Under the pieces are notes generated by a model. That model made no database searches and had not been told where the DNA came from. It saw nothing but the letters and a program-made list of their open reading frames with translations. A program made the translations under genes and the position numbers. DNA of 64,000 bases from an uncultured Clostridia bacterium (GTDB lineage Bacteria > Bacillota > Clostridia > Christensenellales > Borkfalkiaceae), in assembly GCA_944367535.1 (NCBI GenBank), contig CALVWQ010000008.1, positions 6,685 through 70,684 of the forward strand, in the 5' to 3' direction. Every line of letters starts with the position of its first letter. Position 1 is the first letter of the stretch. Shown piece after piece: positions 28,900-39,698 of the stretch.

Positions 28900-29853
28900 T
28901 CAGTCCTCGTAAATTGCCGAGAGCGAAGAATCGTAATAAACGGTAGTAATGGCTCTCGCAAAGTATTTTGCCACGGAAATAACTTTAAACTTGGGATTTT
29001 TTCTAATAGTATCGGGAATATTTATAGTATCCAGCACAACTATTTCTTTTATCGGGGAGGCGTTAAGCCTCTCTATTGCAGGGCCGCTCAGAACACCGTG
29101 AGTACAACAGGCAAAGACTTCTTTCGCCCCGTTGTCCATGAGAGCCTGCGCTCCCTGACATATAGTTCCCGCGGTATCAATCATATCGTCGACCATTAAA
29201 CAGGTTTTACCTTTTACATCACCGACGACGTTCATCACCTCGATGGCATTTGCTTTCGGTCGGCGTTTATCGACTATAGCGAGAGATGCGCCCACCCTCG
29301 ACGCAAAGTTTCTCGCCCTGCCTACGCTTCCGACGTCGGGTGATACTACAACCCAATTTTCGTCCATTTTATTTTTGAAATATTTTGCGAGAAGCGGCGC
29401 TCCGTAAAGATGGTCGACGGGTATATCGAAAAACCCCTGAATCTGTGCCGCATGCAAATCCATAGTCATTACCCTGTCCGCACCCGCGCTGGTCAATATA
29501 TCTGCAACGAGTTTTGCGGTAATCGGGTCTCTCGGACGAGCTTTTCTGTCCTGCCTGGCATATCCGAAATACGGCATAACCGCCGTAACCCTGCCCGCCG
29601 ATGCTCTTTTACATGCATCAATCATTATAAGCAATTCCATAAGATTGTCGTTTACGGGCGCGCTCGTCGGCTGAATGATGAACACATCCTTTCCTCTTAC
29701 TGTCTGCGGCAGAGTGATACTTATCTCTCCGTCCGAAAACTTGCCCACTTCCGCGTCAGAGAGCGGGATTTTAAGTTCCGCCGCGACGGCTTCCGCCAAA
29801 GGTCTGTTGGAATTCCCTGACAGTACTTCGATTGTGTTGCCGTGAGTAATCAT
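28900..29853 (-). CDS. prs: Ribose-phosphate pyrophosphokinase
   Basis: 317 aa. Blocks YFGYARQDRK, DLHA.QIQGFF and the PRPP loop LMVDDMIDTAGT. Confidence 0.95.
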   Translation of the reverse strand: MITHGNTIEVLSGNSNRPLAEAVAAELKIPLSDAEVGKFSDGEISITLPQTVRGKDVFIIQPTSAPVNDNLMELLIMIDACKRASAGRVTAVMPYFGYARQDRKARPRDPITAKLVADILTSAGADRVMTMDLHAAQIQGFFDIPVDHLYGAPLLAKYFKNKMDENWVVVSPDVGSVGRARNFASRVGASLAIVDKRRPKANAIEVMNVVGDVKGKTCLMVDDMIDTAGTICQGAQALMDNGAKEVFACCTHGVLSGPAIERLNASPIKEIVVLDTINIPDTIRKNPKFKVISVAKYFARAITTVYYDSSLSAIYED

Positions 29854-30029
29854 TTATTCAATTCTCCCAATGTAACTTTATGTACATATAGTACGCTAAT
29901 ATTGTAAAATAATTAAAACAAATAGTCAAGGGTTTTGAGATTTTAAAAACATTTTAATCAAAATATTTTGATTTGAATATTAAAACCGACATTTGACTCT
30001 CCAAGAGACAAACAATGCCTTTTAATCTA

Positions 30030-30058
30030 TTGCTTTTGAAAAAAAAATATGATAAAAT
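30030..30058 (+). promoter_or_regulatory. Sigma-A-type promoter candidate for the PCP-like gene
   Basis: -35 TTGCTT (30030-30035), 17-nt spacer, extended -10 TGaTAAAAT (30050-58). AGGAG at 30077-30081 and ATG at 30089. Confidence 0.5.
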
Positions 30059-30088
30059 ATTTTTATCATTCTAATCAGGAGTGTTTTT

Positions 30089-31393
30089 ATGAATAACGAC
30101 AACGAAATTACTCTGGGTCAACTTTTCAAAGTAGTAAAAAAATCTTTCAAACGTGCAATAATTTATATACTTATAACTCTTATTGTCGCAACGGCGGCTC
30201 TTCTTACATTGCGCTCTTTCGTATCTACGCGAGCTTACGCGTCAGCACTTTCTTTCGCCACCGCCGACGAAAATGCACTTTCGGTGATGAACAGAAACAA
30301 AAGCAACGTCGTAAATCTCGCCCTCACCAAAAACGATAAAGACCTAAGCCTCGCAGACATAATAACCGAAAATCTCACCGTTTCGGCAATCGTGCCCGGA
30401 AATTTGGAAAACACAGAGGATTTTGTACCCACTACTTTCGTAATATCTTTAAAATCGACGAGTGAAATCAAATTGTCCGGTAACGAATATAAAAGCATAG
30501 TCGACGCCGTAACCAACGAATATATGAATCTGTTTGCGGCTAGCACTCTTCCCTCTTCGGTTATAGACAACTACTCTATGCCCGAAGAAAATTCGGATAT
30601 AGAATACTTTCAGATTGCCGACGAACTTCTCGACAACACGAACCTTTTTTACAGCACGCTCACTTCGTATCTGAGTGCAAATTCGGAACTTTCCTCTTAC
30701 AGAAACGTCAATAACGGAAAAACGCCTCAAGACATACTGAACGAACTAGGTGCGCTGAACGCAAAAATAGAAAGCTTACAGACAATGATAATAATAGAAA
30801 GACACGAAAAAGGCAATCTTGAAAACGTAATCGATACACTACTTAATAATGCTACTGCAAAAGAAGCCTCGTATACTCAACAACTCGAATCGGCAAAAGA
30901 AGCAATAAGCAATTTCCCCAATTTTACAATCGTAGTAGACGGTTCTACCCCGGTAGACGCCTCTGCGCAGGCAATGTACGACGCATACCTCGCGTTACAA
31001 CAGGACGTAAAAACATATACCGAACTTGCCAGTCAGATGACCGAAAAAAAGACTACTCTCACTTATTATCAGACGTTGCTCGGAAGCACTCCTGCGACGG
31101 ATAACTCCACCATACAGGGACAGCTGACTTCATATAACGACTCGCTCCGCGGGATAATAAAAGATTACAGAACCATAGCCTCTGAATATAATGAAAGCGC
31201 GTATCTTACTTCTAAAGCGAAGGTCGTAAATCCCGCACACTCATATACCGACAGTTTTATAGACGGCACTTTAATAGCGATAGTGCTTGTAGCGCTCGCA
31301 ATCATAGCATATGTAGCGACATGCTCCAAGACTTACTCATTGATTAAGAAAAACGGTACACTTACAGATGACGCGAATGTCGCAAACAATTAA
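30089..31393 (+). CDS. Polysaccharide co-polymerase / chain-length determinant-like protein (Wzz/PCP topology)
   Basis: 434 aa. One TM helix near the N-terminus (IIYILITLIVATAALLTL) and one near the C-terminus (LIAIVLVALAIIAYVATC). A long helical exposed domain lies between them. Convergent with wzx. Confidence 0.6.
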   Translation: MNNDNEITLGQLFKVVKKSFKRAIIYILITLIVATAALLTLRSFVSTRAYASALSFATADENALSVMNRNKSNVVNLALTKNDKDLSLADIITENLTVSAIVPGNLENTEDFVPTTFVISLKSTSEIKLSGNEYKSIVDAVTNEYMNLFAASTLPSSVIDNYSMPEENSDIEYFQIADELLDNTNLFYSTLTSYLSANSELSSYRNVNNGKTPQDILNELGALNAKIESLQTMIIIERHEKGNLENVIDTLLNNATAKEASYTQQLESAKEAISNFPNFTIVVDGSTPVDASAQAMYDAYLALQQDVKTYTELASQMTEKKTTLTYYQTLLGSTPATDNSTIQGQLTSYNDSLRGIIKDYRTIASEYNESAYLTSKAKVVNPAHSYTDSFIDGTLIAIVLVALAIIAYVATCSKTYSLIKKNGTLTDDANVANN

Positions 31394-31434
31394 ATTTTAT
31401 ATATAGACCACGGAAGATACAACTAAATAACAGC

Positions 31435-31462
31435 ACGGCGCGTCCGAAATCGGACGCGCCGT
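31435..31462. terminator. Bidirectional terminator between the convergent PCP-like gene and wzx
   Basis: acggcgcgtccg-aaat-cggacgcgccgt, a 12-bp GC-rich stem. Confidence 0.75.
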
Positions 31463-31492
31463 TAATTTATATTCTGCTTTAAAAATAGTTAT

Positions 31493-32938
31493 TCATTTCT
31501 TTTTCTTTACGAATTTCCCGAATGCCTTTCCGAGGCTCTCTGTTAAAAATTTATCTCGTAATATCAAAAGAACTATAAAATATGACGCCACGCCGGCAAA
31601 AATCAATAAAATCAGACTCGTAACATTTACGGGCAACGCTTTTTTCAGAAGTATTAAAACCGCAAACATCAATGCACCCGAAATAATATATTTTACCGCG
31701 CCGCCGAAAAACTTACCTATACCGAATAACTTTTTATGAAATACATAACCGAGCTGTATCGAAACGCCTATAAACTCTGCCGTAACGGAAGCAATAGTCG
31801 CGCCTACGGAGAAAAATTTCGGAATCAGAATCAGGTTAAGGCACAGGTTTATGACGGCAGCAATCACCACAGCCATCAGGTTTACGTTCTGCTTCCCTAT
31901 CGGGATAAGAAAAGACACGCCGAAAATCTGTGCCATGCCCACAAACAGAACGAGCGGAGAAAAAATCTGCATCAGTAACGCGGATTTACCGAAATGCTCG
32001 CCGAGATACACGGGGACAAAAACATCCGCCACCGCAATGATTCCGAATATCATAGGCACGGAAAGCATCCAGACAAAAGAAGTCGCACGTTTTATCAGAC
32101 TATCTATTTGCTCGGAATTGTTTTCGGAATAAGCGCGGGATATACGGGGAACCAGAACTGTACCGAGCGCCGTTATTACGGTTAATGCCATGCGCACGAT
32201 TTTTTCGGCATAATCGTAGTAGCCGTTTTCAGCCGCGGACTGCGAGAACCAGCCTATCATAGATTTGTCGAGCACGGTATAAATCTGCGTCGCTATTACG
32301 GGAATAAAGAAAATCAGAATAATTTTAAAGTGTCTGAAAGGTCGAACACATTTGCTTTTAACTATATATTTTGGCAATAACGCCCACATCCCCATGTTCC
32401 CCAGCAACAAAAATCCGCATTTGCCGAGAGTATAAAGCCACAAGTCGTCCGGCGATTTGACGAAAATAAAAATAAATGCAAAATCGAGAATTTTTGAAAC
32501 AAGCCCGAATATTACCGTCTTTCCGAAGTCTTCGACGCCCTGAAAAAACCACGTTATATCGAAAACGACGTTTACTATATTGAGCGTAAAAATAAGATTT
32601 ATGATAAAATCGGTTTTTACAAGCGCAAGATAAACGCCGTAACCCGCAAGCGCTATTATCGACATGAAAAGCCTTATAAGGAAAATTTCCTTAAACAGCC
32701 TGCTTCTTGAAACCGCGTCGTCCTGCACCTTTCCTATCTCCCGATGTGCGTAAGTGGTGCTGCCGATAACCGCAAAGAGCACAAAATACGATACTATCGA
32801 TTCAGAATAGCTGAATCTCCCCACACCGTCCTCCAGAAGCACGCGTGATACGTAAGGGATCGAGATTATCGGAATAAGTATGACAATAAGTTGATATATT
32901 AAATTGAAGATATAATTCCTTTTTACGCTCTTTACCAT
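31493..32938 (-). CDS. wzx: Oligosaccharide flippase (MOP superfamily, Wzx-like)
   Basis: 481 aa with about 12-14 hydrophobic segments. N-terminal NYIFNLIYQLIVILIPIISIPYVSRVL is typical of polysaccharide-biosynthesis flippases. Confidence 0.75.
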   Translation of the reverse strand: MVKSVKRNYIFNLIYQLIVILIPIISIPYVSRVLLEDGVGRFSYSESIVSYFVLFAVIGSTTYAHREIGKVQDDAVSRSRLFKEIFLIRLFMSIIALAGYGVYLALVKTDFIINLIFTLNIVNVVFDITWFFQGVEDFGKTVIFGLVSKILDFAFIFIFVKSPDDLWLYTLGKCGFLLLGNMGMWALLPKYIVKSKCVRPFRHFKIILIFFIPVIATQIYTVLDKSMIGWFSQSAAENGYYDYAEKIVRMALTVITALGTVLVPRISRAYSENNSEQIDSLIKRATSFVWMLSVPMIFGIIAVADVFVPVYLGEHFGKSALLMQIFSPLVLFVGMAQIFGVSFLIPIGKQNVNLMAVVIAAVINLCLNLILIPKFFSVGATIASVTAEFIGVSIQLGYVFHKKLFGIGKFFGGAVKYIISGALMFAVLILLKKALPVNVTSLILLIFAGVASYFIVLLILRDKFLTESLGKAFGKFVKKKK

Positions 32939-32945
32939 TTAAACA

Positions 32946-33545
32946 TCAGTTCCCGAAAGTTTCTTTTAAATTTTTCCACCTCTTGTCTTTTTCGCTCAAT
33001 ATAAGCGGCGTGCCGTCGGCGAGCGTATACCCCGCACTGTCGGCCGTTCCGCGATACTCGCCGCATATCGGCCATTCGACTCCGATATGCGGGTCATTCC
33101 ACGCGATTCCGCCCTCGTCGTCGGGATGATAAAAATCCGTAACCTTATAACAGAATTCCGCGACGTCGCTGAGCACGAGAAATCCGTGCGCAAACCCCTC
33201 CGATATATAGAACTGCATTTTATTTTCTTCCGTGAGTTCCACGCCGTACCATTTCCCGAATGTAGGACTTTCGCGACGAAGGTCGACGGCGACGTCAAAA
33301 ACTTTTCCTTTTATTACTCTGACGAGTTTTCCCTGCGGATGCTTTTTCTGAAAATGCAGTCCGCGGAGCACTCCTTTAACGCTCATGGATTGGTTGTCCT
33401 GGACAAACTCCATATCGAGCCCGAATGAAGCCAGGTCCCTTTTATTGTAGGTTTCGGTAAAATACCCGCGATTATCTCCGTATACGGCGGGTTCGATTAT
33501 ATAAAGCCCTTTTATAGGCAATTCTGTAACTTTAACTTTACCCAT
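32946..33545 (-). CDS. rfbC: dTDP-4-dehydrorhamnose 3,5-epimerase
   Basis: 199 aa. Blocks DNRGYFTETY, LRGLHFQ and the cupin fold block FYISEGFAHGF. Confidence 0.92.
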   Translation of the reverse strand: MGKVKVTELPIKGLYIIEPAVYGDNRGYFTETYNKRDLASFGLDMEFVQDNQSMSVKGVLRGLHFQKKHPQGKLVRVIKGKVFDVAVDLRRESPTFGKWYGVELTEENKMQFYISEGFAHGFLVLSDVAEFCYKVTDFYHPDDEGGIAWNDPHIGVEWPICGEYRGTADSAGYTLADGTPLILSEKDKRWKNLKETFGN

Positions 33546-33558
33546 ATTATCTTTCCTT

Positions 33559-34731
33559 TTACGAAAATAATTCTTTCAGAAAAACCGAATCTGACACTAT
33601 ATTGTCCCAATCGTAGAGCGCAGCCACTTCTGCATTTGTTTTTTTGTCCGAAACAAAATCCTTCTCTTCCATAATTTCTTTAATTATGTTTCGCAATTCC
33701 CCCGCAGTATTATAAATTCTGCCGTTTCTGCCTTCAAAAATAACGTCTTTCGCGCAACCCACGGGAGTAGAGAGAATATAATTATTGAAAAGAGCTGCCT
33801 CGACGAGCACCAGCGCGAAACTTTCTTTAACGGAGGACAAGACAAATACTTTCGCCTTTCCGTAAATTTCGGATAACTTCTTCCTGTCCTCAACCGAACC
33901 CGTAAAAACAATACTGTCTTTTAACTGAGGATTTTTATGCAAAAACCTTTCTGCGGCAACCTTGAATGCCTCTTCCACAGGCCCCACGAACATAAACTTC
34001 CAACCGTTTTTCAAATCCGTTCCGTTCAGTGCTTCCAACATCATCATGTTGTTTTTCTGACTTGTGCCTATTCTGCCCACCGTAATGAACAAGTTTTCTT
34101 TTGCGGAATTTTTCGCGTCGGCGGAAAAACCCTCGGCATTATATCCGAACCGCATAAATTGAAGTTTATCGCTTATCTCGAAACCTTTCCAGCCGTTTTC
34201 TTTCAGATAATTATAAGACGCTCCGGTTTCCACTGTAAATATGTCGCAGTTTCTGACAAATTTTGCAAATCGGTTATGAAAAATTAAAGCGGAAACCCTT
34301 TTTTTCAAAGACATTGTCTGTCCGTCTGTCGGCGAAAAATCAAGTACCGTCATCACCTTGCCCGCAGGGTTGAGTTTTTTATAATAATTGCAAAGTTTTG
34401 CGCCCGTCCGGTCGCCGTGAAAAGTTACGAACAGGTCTGTTTTACGAGCATTGGACTTAACATATTTTTTGTATTCCGCATAAATTTTCGCCTTGATCGC
34501 CTTTTTGCCGCACGAAAGATTGATTAAATTTACGCCTTTATACTCTTTTTCCGTGAGCGGTAAACTTTCGTTGAAAAACAGACCGTTTCTCACTTCATCG
34601 AACACGATATTTGCGGAAACCCCGTAAACTTTTGAAATATGATACATCAGATTAAAGGGCGGTTTTTGAAACTCTATCCGCGAAAAGCGGAATGAAGTAC
34701 AGAACAGCGTCGCGTTTTTCGTTGCGCACAT
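33559..34731 (-). CDS. Glycosyltransferase, GT4-like (GT-B fold)
   Basis: 390 aa. The C-terminal half has VFVLSSVKESFALVLVEAALFNNYILSTPVG (E-x7-E-like). The ATG lies 1 nt after the rfbD stop. Confidence 0.7.
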   Translation of the reverse strand: MCATKNATLFCTSFRFSRIEFQKPPFNLMYHISKVYGVSANIVFDEVRNGLFFNESLPLTEKEYKGVNLINLSCGKKAIKAKIYAEYKKYVKSNARKTDLFVTFHGDRTGAKLCNYYKKLNPAGKVMTVLDFSPTDGQTMSLKKRVSALIFHNRFAKFVRNCDIFTVETGASYNYLKENGWKGFEISDKLQFMRFGYNAEGFSADAKNSAKENLFITVGRIGTSQKNNMMMLEALNGTDLKNGWKFMFVGPVEEAFKVAAERFLHKNPQLKDSIVFTGSVEDRKKLSEIYGKAKVFVLSSVKESFALVLVEAALFNNYILSTPVGCAKDVIFEGRNGRIYNTAGELRNIIKEIMEEKDFVSDKKTNAEVAALYDWDNIVSDSVFLKELFS

Positions 34732-34732
34732 T

Positions 34733-35599
34733 TCAGTAAACTCCTTTATCCTTCAAAATTTCAAGATACCTTTTAAGCGCGTCCCGCCAGTCAGGAAGCG
34801 GATTAAACCCGCACTCTGCAAGTTTGCTTTTATCAAGCCTGCTGTTAAAGGGGCGCACGGCGGCAGACATCCCGTATTCCGCGGTAGATACAGGTATCAC
34901 TTTGACGGAATACCCCGCCTGTTTAAAAATCTCGCAGGCGAAATCATACCAGGAAATATAACCTCCCTCGTTAGTAGCATGATAATATCCGTACTTTTCG
35001 GTCACTATCATGTCGGCAAGAAGTACCGCGAGGTCGGCGGTATATGTAGGTGTTCCTATCTGGTCGTTAACCACCCTTATCTCGTCGTGAGTTTTTCCGA
35101 GTTTAAGCATTGTCTTTATAAAATTATTGCCGTTAACCCCGAAAACCCACGCTATTCTCACAATAAAAAATTTATCGAGCGTCTTCGAAACGGAAAGTTC
35201 GCCTTCGAGTTTGGTCTTTCCGTAAATGTTCAGCGGTTTATAATCCTTACAGTCGGGTTTCCAAGGTACATCTCCCTGACCGTCAAAGACATAATCGGTG
35301 GAAATATACATCATTTTACAGTTTATTTTTCCGCACGCCGCGGCGATATTTGCCGTACCTGCGGCATTCACCACACGTACTTTCTCGGGGCAATCTTCTG
35401 CGGCGTCCACGGCTGTCCATGCCGCGCAGTGTATTACCGCGTCGGGCTTTTCACCTAAAAGCACCCGTTCGACCTCAGAATAATCGGTTATATCCATATC
35501 CTCTATATCCACGCCAACGGGATTATGCCCGCAAATTTTCAGTCTTTCTACAAGGTCGCTACCGAGTTGTCCTTTTGCTCCCGTAACAAGTATTTTCAT
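34733..35599 (-). CDS. rfbD: dTDP-4-dehydrorhamnose reductase
   Basis: 288 aa. Blocks [13 protein letters not shown] and [10 protein letters not shown]. Confidence 0.92.
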   Translation of the reverse strand: MKILVTGAKGQLGSDLVERLKICGHNPVGVDIEDMDITDYSEVERVLLGEKPDAVIHCAAWTAVDAAEDCPEKVRVVNAAGTANIAAACGKINCKMMYISTDYVFDGQGDVPWKPDCKDYKPLNIYGKTKLEGELSVSKTLDKFFIVRIAWVFGVNGNNFIKTMLKLGKTHDEIRVVNDQIGTPTYTADLAVLLADMIVTEKYGYYHATNEGGYISWYDFACEIFKQAGYSVKVIPVSTAEYGMSAAVRPFNSRLDKSKLAECGFNPLPDWRDALKRYLEILKDKGVY

Positions 35600-36618
35600 G
35601 ATTTAACACCGTACATTTTTTTATAGTATTCGATATATTCTCCCGAAATGATTTCCTCCCACCATTCCCTGTTTTCGAGATACCATTTTACAGTTTTATC
35701 TATTCCCTCCGAGAAAGCAGTTTGGGGCGTCCACCCGAGTTCCGAAGAGATTTTCGTCGGATCGATAGCGTAACGCAAATCATGTCCTTTTCTGTCGGCG
35801 ACGAATTTTATAAGGCTTTCGGGCTTACCGAGTTTTTTAAGGATAATTTTCACAATGTCGATATTTTTCATTTCGTTATGTCCGCCGACGTTATATATTT
35901 CGCCCGTTCTGCCTTTGTGCAGAATAAGGTCTATCGCCTTACAGTGGTCTTCCACGTAAAGCCAGTCCCTGATATTTTCACCAGTACCGTATACGGGCAA
36001 AGATTTATCCGCCAACGCATTGACTATCATGAGCGGTATAAGTTTTTCGGGGAAATGATAAGGCCCGTAATTGTTTGAGCATCTGCTTATTGTTACGGGA
36101 AGACCGTAAGTCCTGTAATATGCGAGAACAAGCAAATCCGCAGACGCCTTGCTCGCCGAATACGGACTGCTTGCCGAAAGCGGCGTTTTTTCGGTAAACA
36201 TAAGGTCAGGTCTGTCCGTAGGAAGGTCGCCGTAAACCTCGTCGGTCGATACCTGATGAAACCTTGCGACGCCGAAATTCCTGCATGCGTCCATAAGAGT
36301 CGCCGTGCCGAGTATATTGGTATTTAAAAATAGGCTCGGGTCCGTTATGCTCCGGTCAACGTGGCTTTCGGCGGCAAAGTTCACAACCGCATCAGGTCTT
36401 TCTTTGCCGAACAATTCAAAGACCGCTTTTCTGTCGCAAATATCCGCTTTGACAAATGCGAAGCGCGGGTCGTTCAAGACGTCTTTCAGTGTAGACAGAT
36501 TCCCCGCGTAAGTAAGTTTGTCAAGACAGACAATTTTATAATCGCCGTACTTATTCAGCATATAATGTATAAAGTTTCCGCCGATAAAACCGGCCCCGCC
36601 GGTAACAATGATTTTCAT
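35596..36618 (-). CDS. rfbB: dTDP-glucose 4,6-dehydratase
   Basis: 340 aa. Blocks [24 protein letters not shown] and YSASKASAD. Confidence 0.95.
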   Translation of the reverse strand: MKIIVTGGAGFIGGNFIHYMLNKYGDYKIVCLDKLTYAGNLSTLKDVLNDPRFAFVKADICDRKAVFELFGKERPDAVVNFAAESHVDRSITDPSLFLNTNILGTATLMDACRNFGVARFHQVSTDEVYGDLPTDRPDLMFTEKTPLSASSPYSASKASADLLVLAYYRTYGLPVTISRCSNNYGPYHFPEKLIPLMIVNALADKSLPVYGTGENIRDWLYVEDHCKAIDLILHKGRTGEIYNVGGHNEMKNIDIVKIILKKLGKPESLIKFVADRKGHDLRYAIDPTKISSELGWTPQTAFSEGIDKTVKWYLENREWWEEIISGEYIEYYKKMYGVKS

Positions 36619-36651
36619 ATTAAAACCTTTTCAATAATTTATTTTAAGAGA

Positions 36652-37548
36652 CTAATTAAGCCCGTCCCTGAATTTTCCTGCAACGACATCGGCAATGTAT
36701 TTTCCGTACTGATTTTTAGACATCGGCTCGCATAATTTTAGCGTCTGTTCCGCGGTAATCCAGCCGTTAAGATAAGATATTTCTTCTATGCACCCGACTT
36801 TCCTGTGCTGATGCGTCTCTATCGCCTTGATAAATTCCGTCGCCTCTATAAGGCTCTCGTGCGTTCCCGTATCGAGCCACGTAAAACCCTGCCCCAGAAT
36901 TTCGACGTTGAGCCTGCCCTCTTTAAGATATAATTTATTGAGGTCGGTAATTTCGAGTTCGCCGCGCGGCGAGGGCCTTAAAGATTTTGCGTACTCCACG
37001 GCTTTGCCGTCATAGAAATACAGCCCCGTTACACAATAATTGCTTTTGGGCCGAGCGGGTTTTTCCTCTATCGAAACCGCCCTGCCGTCCGCGCCGAATT
37101 CCACGATGCCGAAGCGCTGCGGGTCGTCCACGTAATAACCGAATATAGTGGCGCCTTTACCCGATTCGGCGCTTTCGACCGCACGGCGAAGCCGCTCTTT
37201 CAGACCGTGCCCGAAAAATATATTATCTCCGAGCACCATGGCGACGCAATCGCCGTTTATAAACTTTTCGCCGATAATAAACGCCTGGGCGAGCCCTTCG
37301 GGAGCAGGCTGCACCGCATAGGAAAGATTTATGCCCAGCTCGCCTCCGTCCCCGAAAAGTTTTTCAAACCTCGGTGTATCCTCGGGAGTTGATATTATAA
37401 GTATATCCCTTATACCCGCGTTCATCAGCACGGACATAGGATAATATATCATCGGTTTATCGTATACGGGAAGCAGTTGCTTGCTCGTAACGCGAGTAAG
37501 CGGATAAAGTCGCGTACCCGAACCGCCAGCCAAAATTATACCTTTCAT
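36652..37548 (-). CDS. rfbA: Glucose-1-phosphate thymidylyltransferase
   Basis: 298 aa. Blocks [27 protein letters not shown] and LGDNIF. Confidence 0.95.
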   Translation of the reverse strand: MKGIILAGGSGTRLYPLTRVTSKQLLPVYDKPMIYYPMSVLMNAGIRDILIISTPEDTPRFEKLFGDGGELGINLSYAVQPAPEGLAQAFIIGEKFINGDCVAMVLGDNIFFGHGLKERLRRAVESAESGKGATIFGYYVDDPQRFGIVEFGADGRAVSIEEKPARPKSNYCVTGLYFYDGKAVEYAKSLRPSPRGELEITDLNKLYLKEGRLNVEILGQGFTWLDTGTHESLIEATEFIKAIETHQHRKVGCIEEISYLNGWITAEQTLKLCEPMSKNQYGKYIADVVAGKFRDGLN

Positions 37549-37560
37549 TTTTATCCCCTT

Positions 37561-38544
37561 TTAAATCTCCAATATATTTTCGCCCTTTTTTATTCTCGTC
37601 AGATATTCTTTTGCGAGCGCTCTGTTGCAACGTGCTATCTTCACGCTTTCGCCGCGGCGGAACAAAGTCTTTATCGCAATGTGTTTAAGCTCTGCGGTTT
37701 TAAGCACTTTCAAATATTTTACGGTCGCTTTTTCACCAAACGAGATATAAAGGTAACGCATCATTCCCTGCATCATAAGTCTGCAACGCCTTTCGCTGAA
37801 CCTTGTCTTACCGTTGAAACTCGCGCCCTCCAAATGCTGCATTTTTGCGTCGGGAACGCTCATGACTCTATAACCCGCGTTTTTGACCCTGAAAGTAAAT
37901 TCGCTCTCTTCCGCATACATGAATATCCTCTCGTCAAAACCTTTGAGACTGTCGGCAATATCTTTTCGCACCATCATGTCCGCGCCGGTGATATATCCGA
38001 CTTCAAGAGGCTTCCCCGTATAATTAAACTCGGAGGACAGCGCTTTTTTAAATATTTTTCTGAAAAAAGATACAATAAAACTCCTGTCCCGCCTTATTGT
38101 ACGAGCGTCCGGCAACTTTCTCCTGAAAGAATGTGCGGGGTTTTTATTGAAATCGAAAAGATTTCCGCCGCATATCCCGCACTCGGGGTTATCATCCATA
38201 TATTTTACGAGTTCGGTTATGAAATCACCCATACACAAGGTATCAGAATTAAGCCAGAGAACGTATTCCCCTTCGCACACCTTTAACCCGAGATTAAAGG
38301 CCTTTGACGTACCGAGATTTTCGGTTGCGCCTATATATTTAATTCTGTCTTTAAAGTATTCTTCGAGCATTGCACCCGAGCCGTCTTTACTGCCGTTATC
38401 CACTAATACTATTTCGAAAGCGGTTTCTTTTGTGTTGTCAAAAATACTATCAACAGCGTTCTTTGTCAGTTCGAAGGTATTGTAGTTTATCATAATTACG
38501 GAAACACGAATCAATTTATTTCCGTTTTGTTTTATCGATGACAT
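37561..38544 (-). CDS. Glycosyltransferase family 2
   Basis: 327 aa. Blocks VSVIMINYNTFELT and VLVDNGSKDGS, with a later LNSDT (DxD-like). 29-nt overlap with the upstream GT gene. Confidence 0.8.
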   Translation of the reverse strand: MSSIKQNGNKLIRVSVIMINYNTFELTKNAVDSIFDNTKETAFEIVLVDNGSKDGSGAMLEEYFKDRIKYIGATENLGTSKAFNLGLKVCEGEYVLWLNSDTLCMGDFITELVKYMDDNPECGICGGNLFDFNKNPAHSFRRKLPDARTIRRDRSFIVSFFRKIFKKALSSEFNYTGKPLEVGYITGADMMVRKDIADSLKGFDERIFMYAEESEFTFRVKNAGYRVMSVPDAKMQHLEGASFNGKTRFSERRCRLMMQGMMRYLYISFGEKATVKYLKVLKTAELKHIAIKTLFRRGESVKIARCNRALAKEYLTRIKKGENILEI

Positions 38545-39694
38545 ATCTGTATCTCTCCGTATATTTATCGGCTATCACGTCCCATTCCGCATCGGAAGAG
38601 TCGACCTCATACTTGACGGTCGGTGAATCCTGTACGCAAAGCACGGCGTCTTTCACCTCCTGCACACTGTTTCCGATAAGCATGAATTGTTCCCCCTCAA
38701 AGAGAGATTCCTCACTGACGGGTTTTGTGGTAATGATTTTCGTCCCCTCCTGTTTTGCGGCGAGCATGCTGCCGTTGCGCGGGGAAACTCCGTCTTTAAA
38801 TAAAAGCAGCGCCGCATCCGACGCGCGGAAATAATCCCCCACTTCCGAGTCGGCAAGATATCCTACGGGAATGACGTTTTCTTCTAGTCCGTTTTCTTTT
38901 ATAATCTTTGTGAGACTTAAGAAAAGCCGTTCGCCGCATTTTTCGCCGTTAAAATCGCCCATTATAAGGTAAACGGAATCGAGTCTGTTTTCCTTTTTCA
39001 GTTCAGCGAAAGCATTAAAAACCACGTCGAGGCACTTCTTGTCGTTTATCCAACCGAAAAAGCAGAATATTTTCGTATTTGCGCCCCGTCCCGAAAGGTA
39101 TTTTTCGCGCAATTCCCTTATATGCTCCTCGGACGCGACGGAACGCGGGATATTGGAGCCTATGTGAATAACGCTGACTTTATCTTGATCTATCAATCGC
39201 TTGTATTGCTTTTTTATCTCGCGTTTATAAGCCTCCTCCACAACTACGACCGCGTCCGAAAACAGTATCGCGGGAATACGTGCAAGTTTTGACATTTTAC
39301 CGTTATAGGTATATTCGTGCAGAGTATAAACGACCTTTCGCTTTTTAAGTCTCAGAATCAAAGGCAAAAATATAAAATTTGCAAAACTGCTGTTTTTATA
39401 TTCGCTTGCCGGAAACTGAAAATGTATGACGTCGGGGTCGGTGTCTTTTACGAATTTCAAGAATCTGCGCAGATATTTAAGCCCGTACCATTTGTCTACG
39501 ACGTTATACGTCGTTATCCTCTCGTCGGGATCTTTATCCGCCTTGTCGGACGTTAGAACGCTTACCGAAACGTCGTCGCGCATCGCAAGATGGCGGCATA
39601 ACAGTTTCGTCCCGTCTGCAACGCCGCAATGTATAGGCGGGTATGACCCGCTCACCATAAGTACTTTAATTTTCTTATCCTTAACGTTTTCCAT
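38516..39694 (-). CDS. Glycosyltransferase, GT-B fold (GT4-like)
   Basis: 392 aa. N-terminal KVLMVSGSYPPIHCGVADG and a typical two-Rossmann layout. Confidence 0.65.
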   Translation of the reverse strand: MENVKDKKIKVLMVSGSYPPIHCGVADGTKLLCRHLAMRDDVSVSVLTSDKADKDPDERITTYNVVDKWYGLKYLRRFLKFVKDTDPDVIHFQFPASEYKNSSFANFIFLPLILRLKKRKVVYTLHEYTYNGKMSKLARIPAILFSDAVVVVEEAYKREIKKQYKRLIDQDKVSVIHIGSNIPRSVASEEHIRELREKYLSGRGANTKIFCFFGWINDKKCLDVVFNAFAELKKENRLDSVYLIMGDFNGEKCGERLFLSLTKIIKENGLEENVIPVGYLADSEVGDYFRASDAALLLFKDGVSPRNGSMLAAKQEGTKIITTKPVSEESLFEGEQFMLIGNSVQEVKDAVLCVQDSPTVKYEVDSSDAEWDVIADKYTERYRYVIDKTKRK

Positions 39695-39698
39695 TTAT

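Noticed and set aside
37477-38286. 269-aa plus-strand ORF. By the same reasoning: 23481..24296, 11751..12440, 49811..50500, 50606..51181, 26646..27176 and 52537..53091.
   Set aside because: All of these are antisense shadows of well-supported minus-strand genes (rfbA/GT2, the foldase-like lipoprotein, the nagB-like gene, the M14 peptidase, rlmH, mfd and others).
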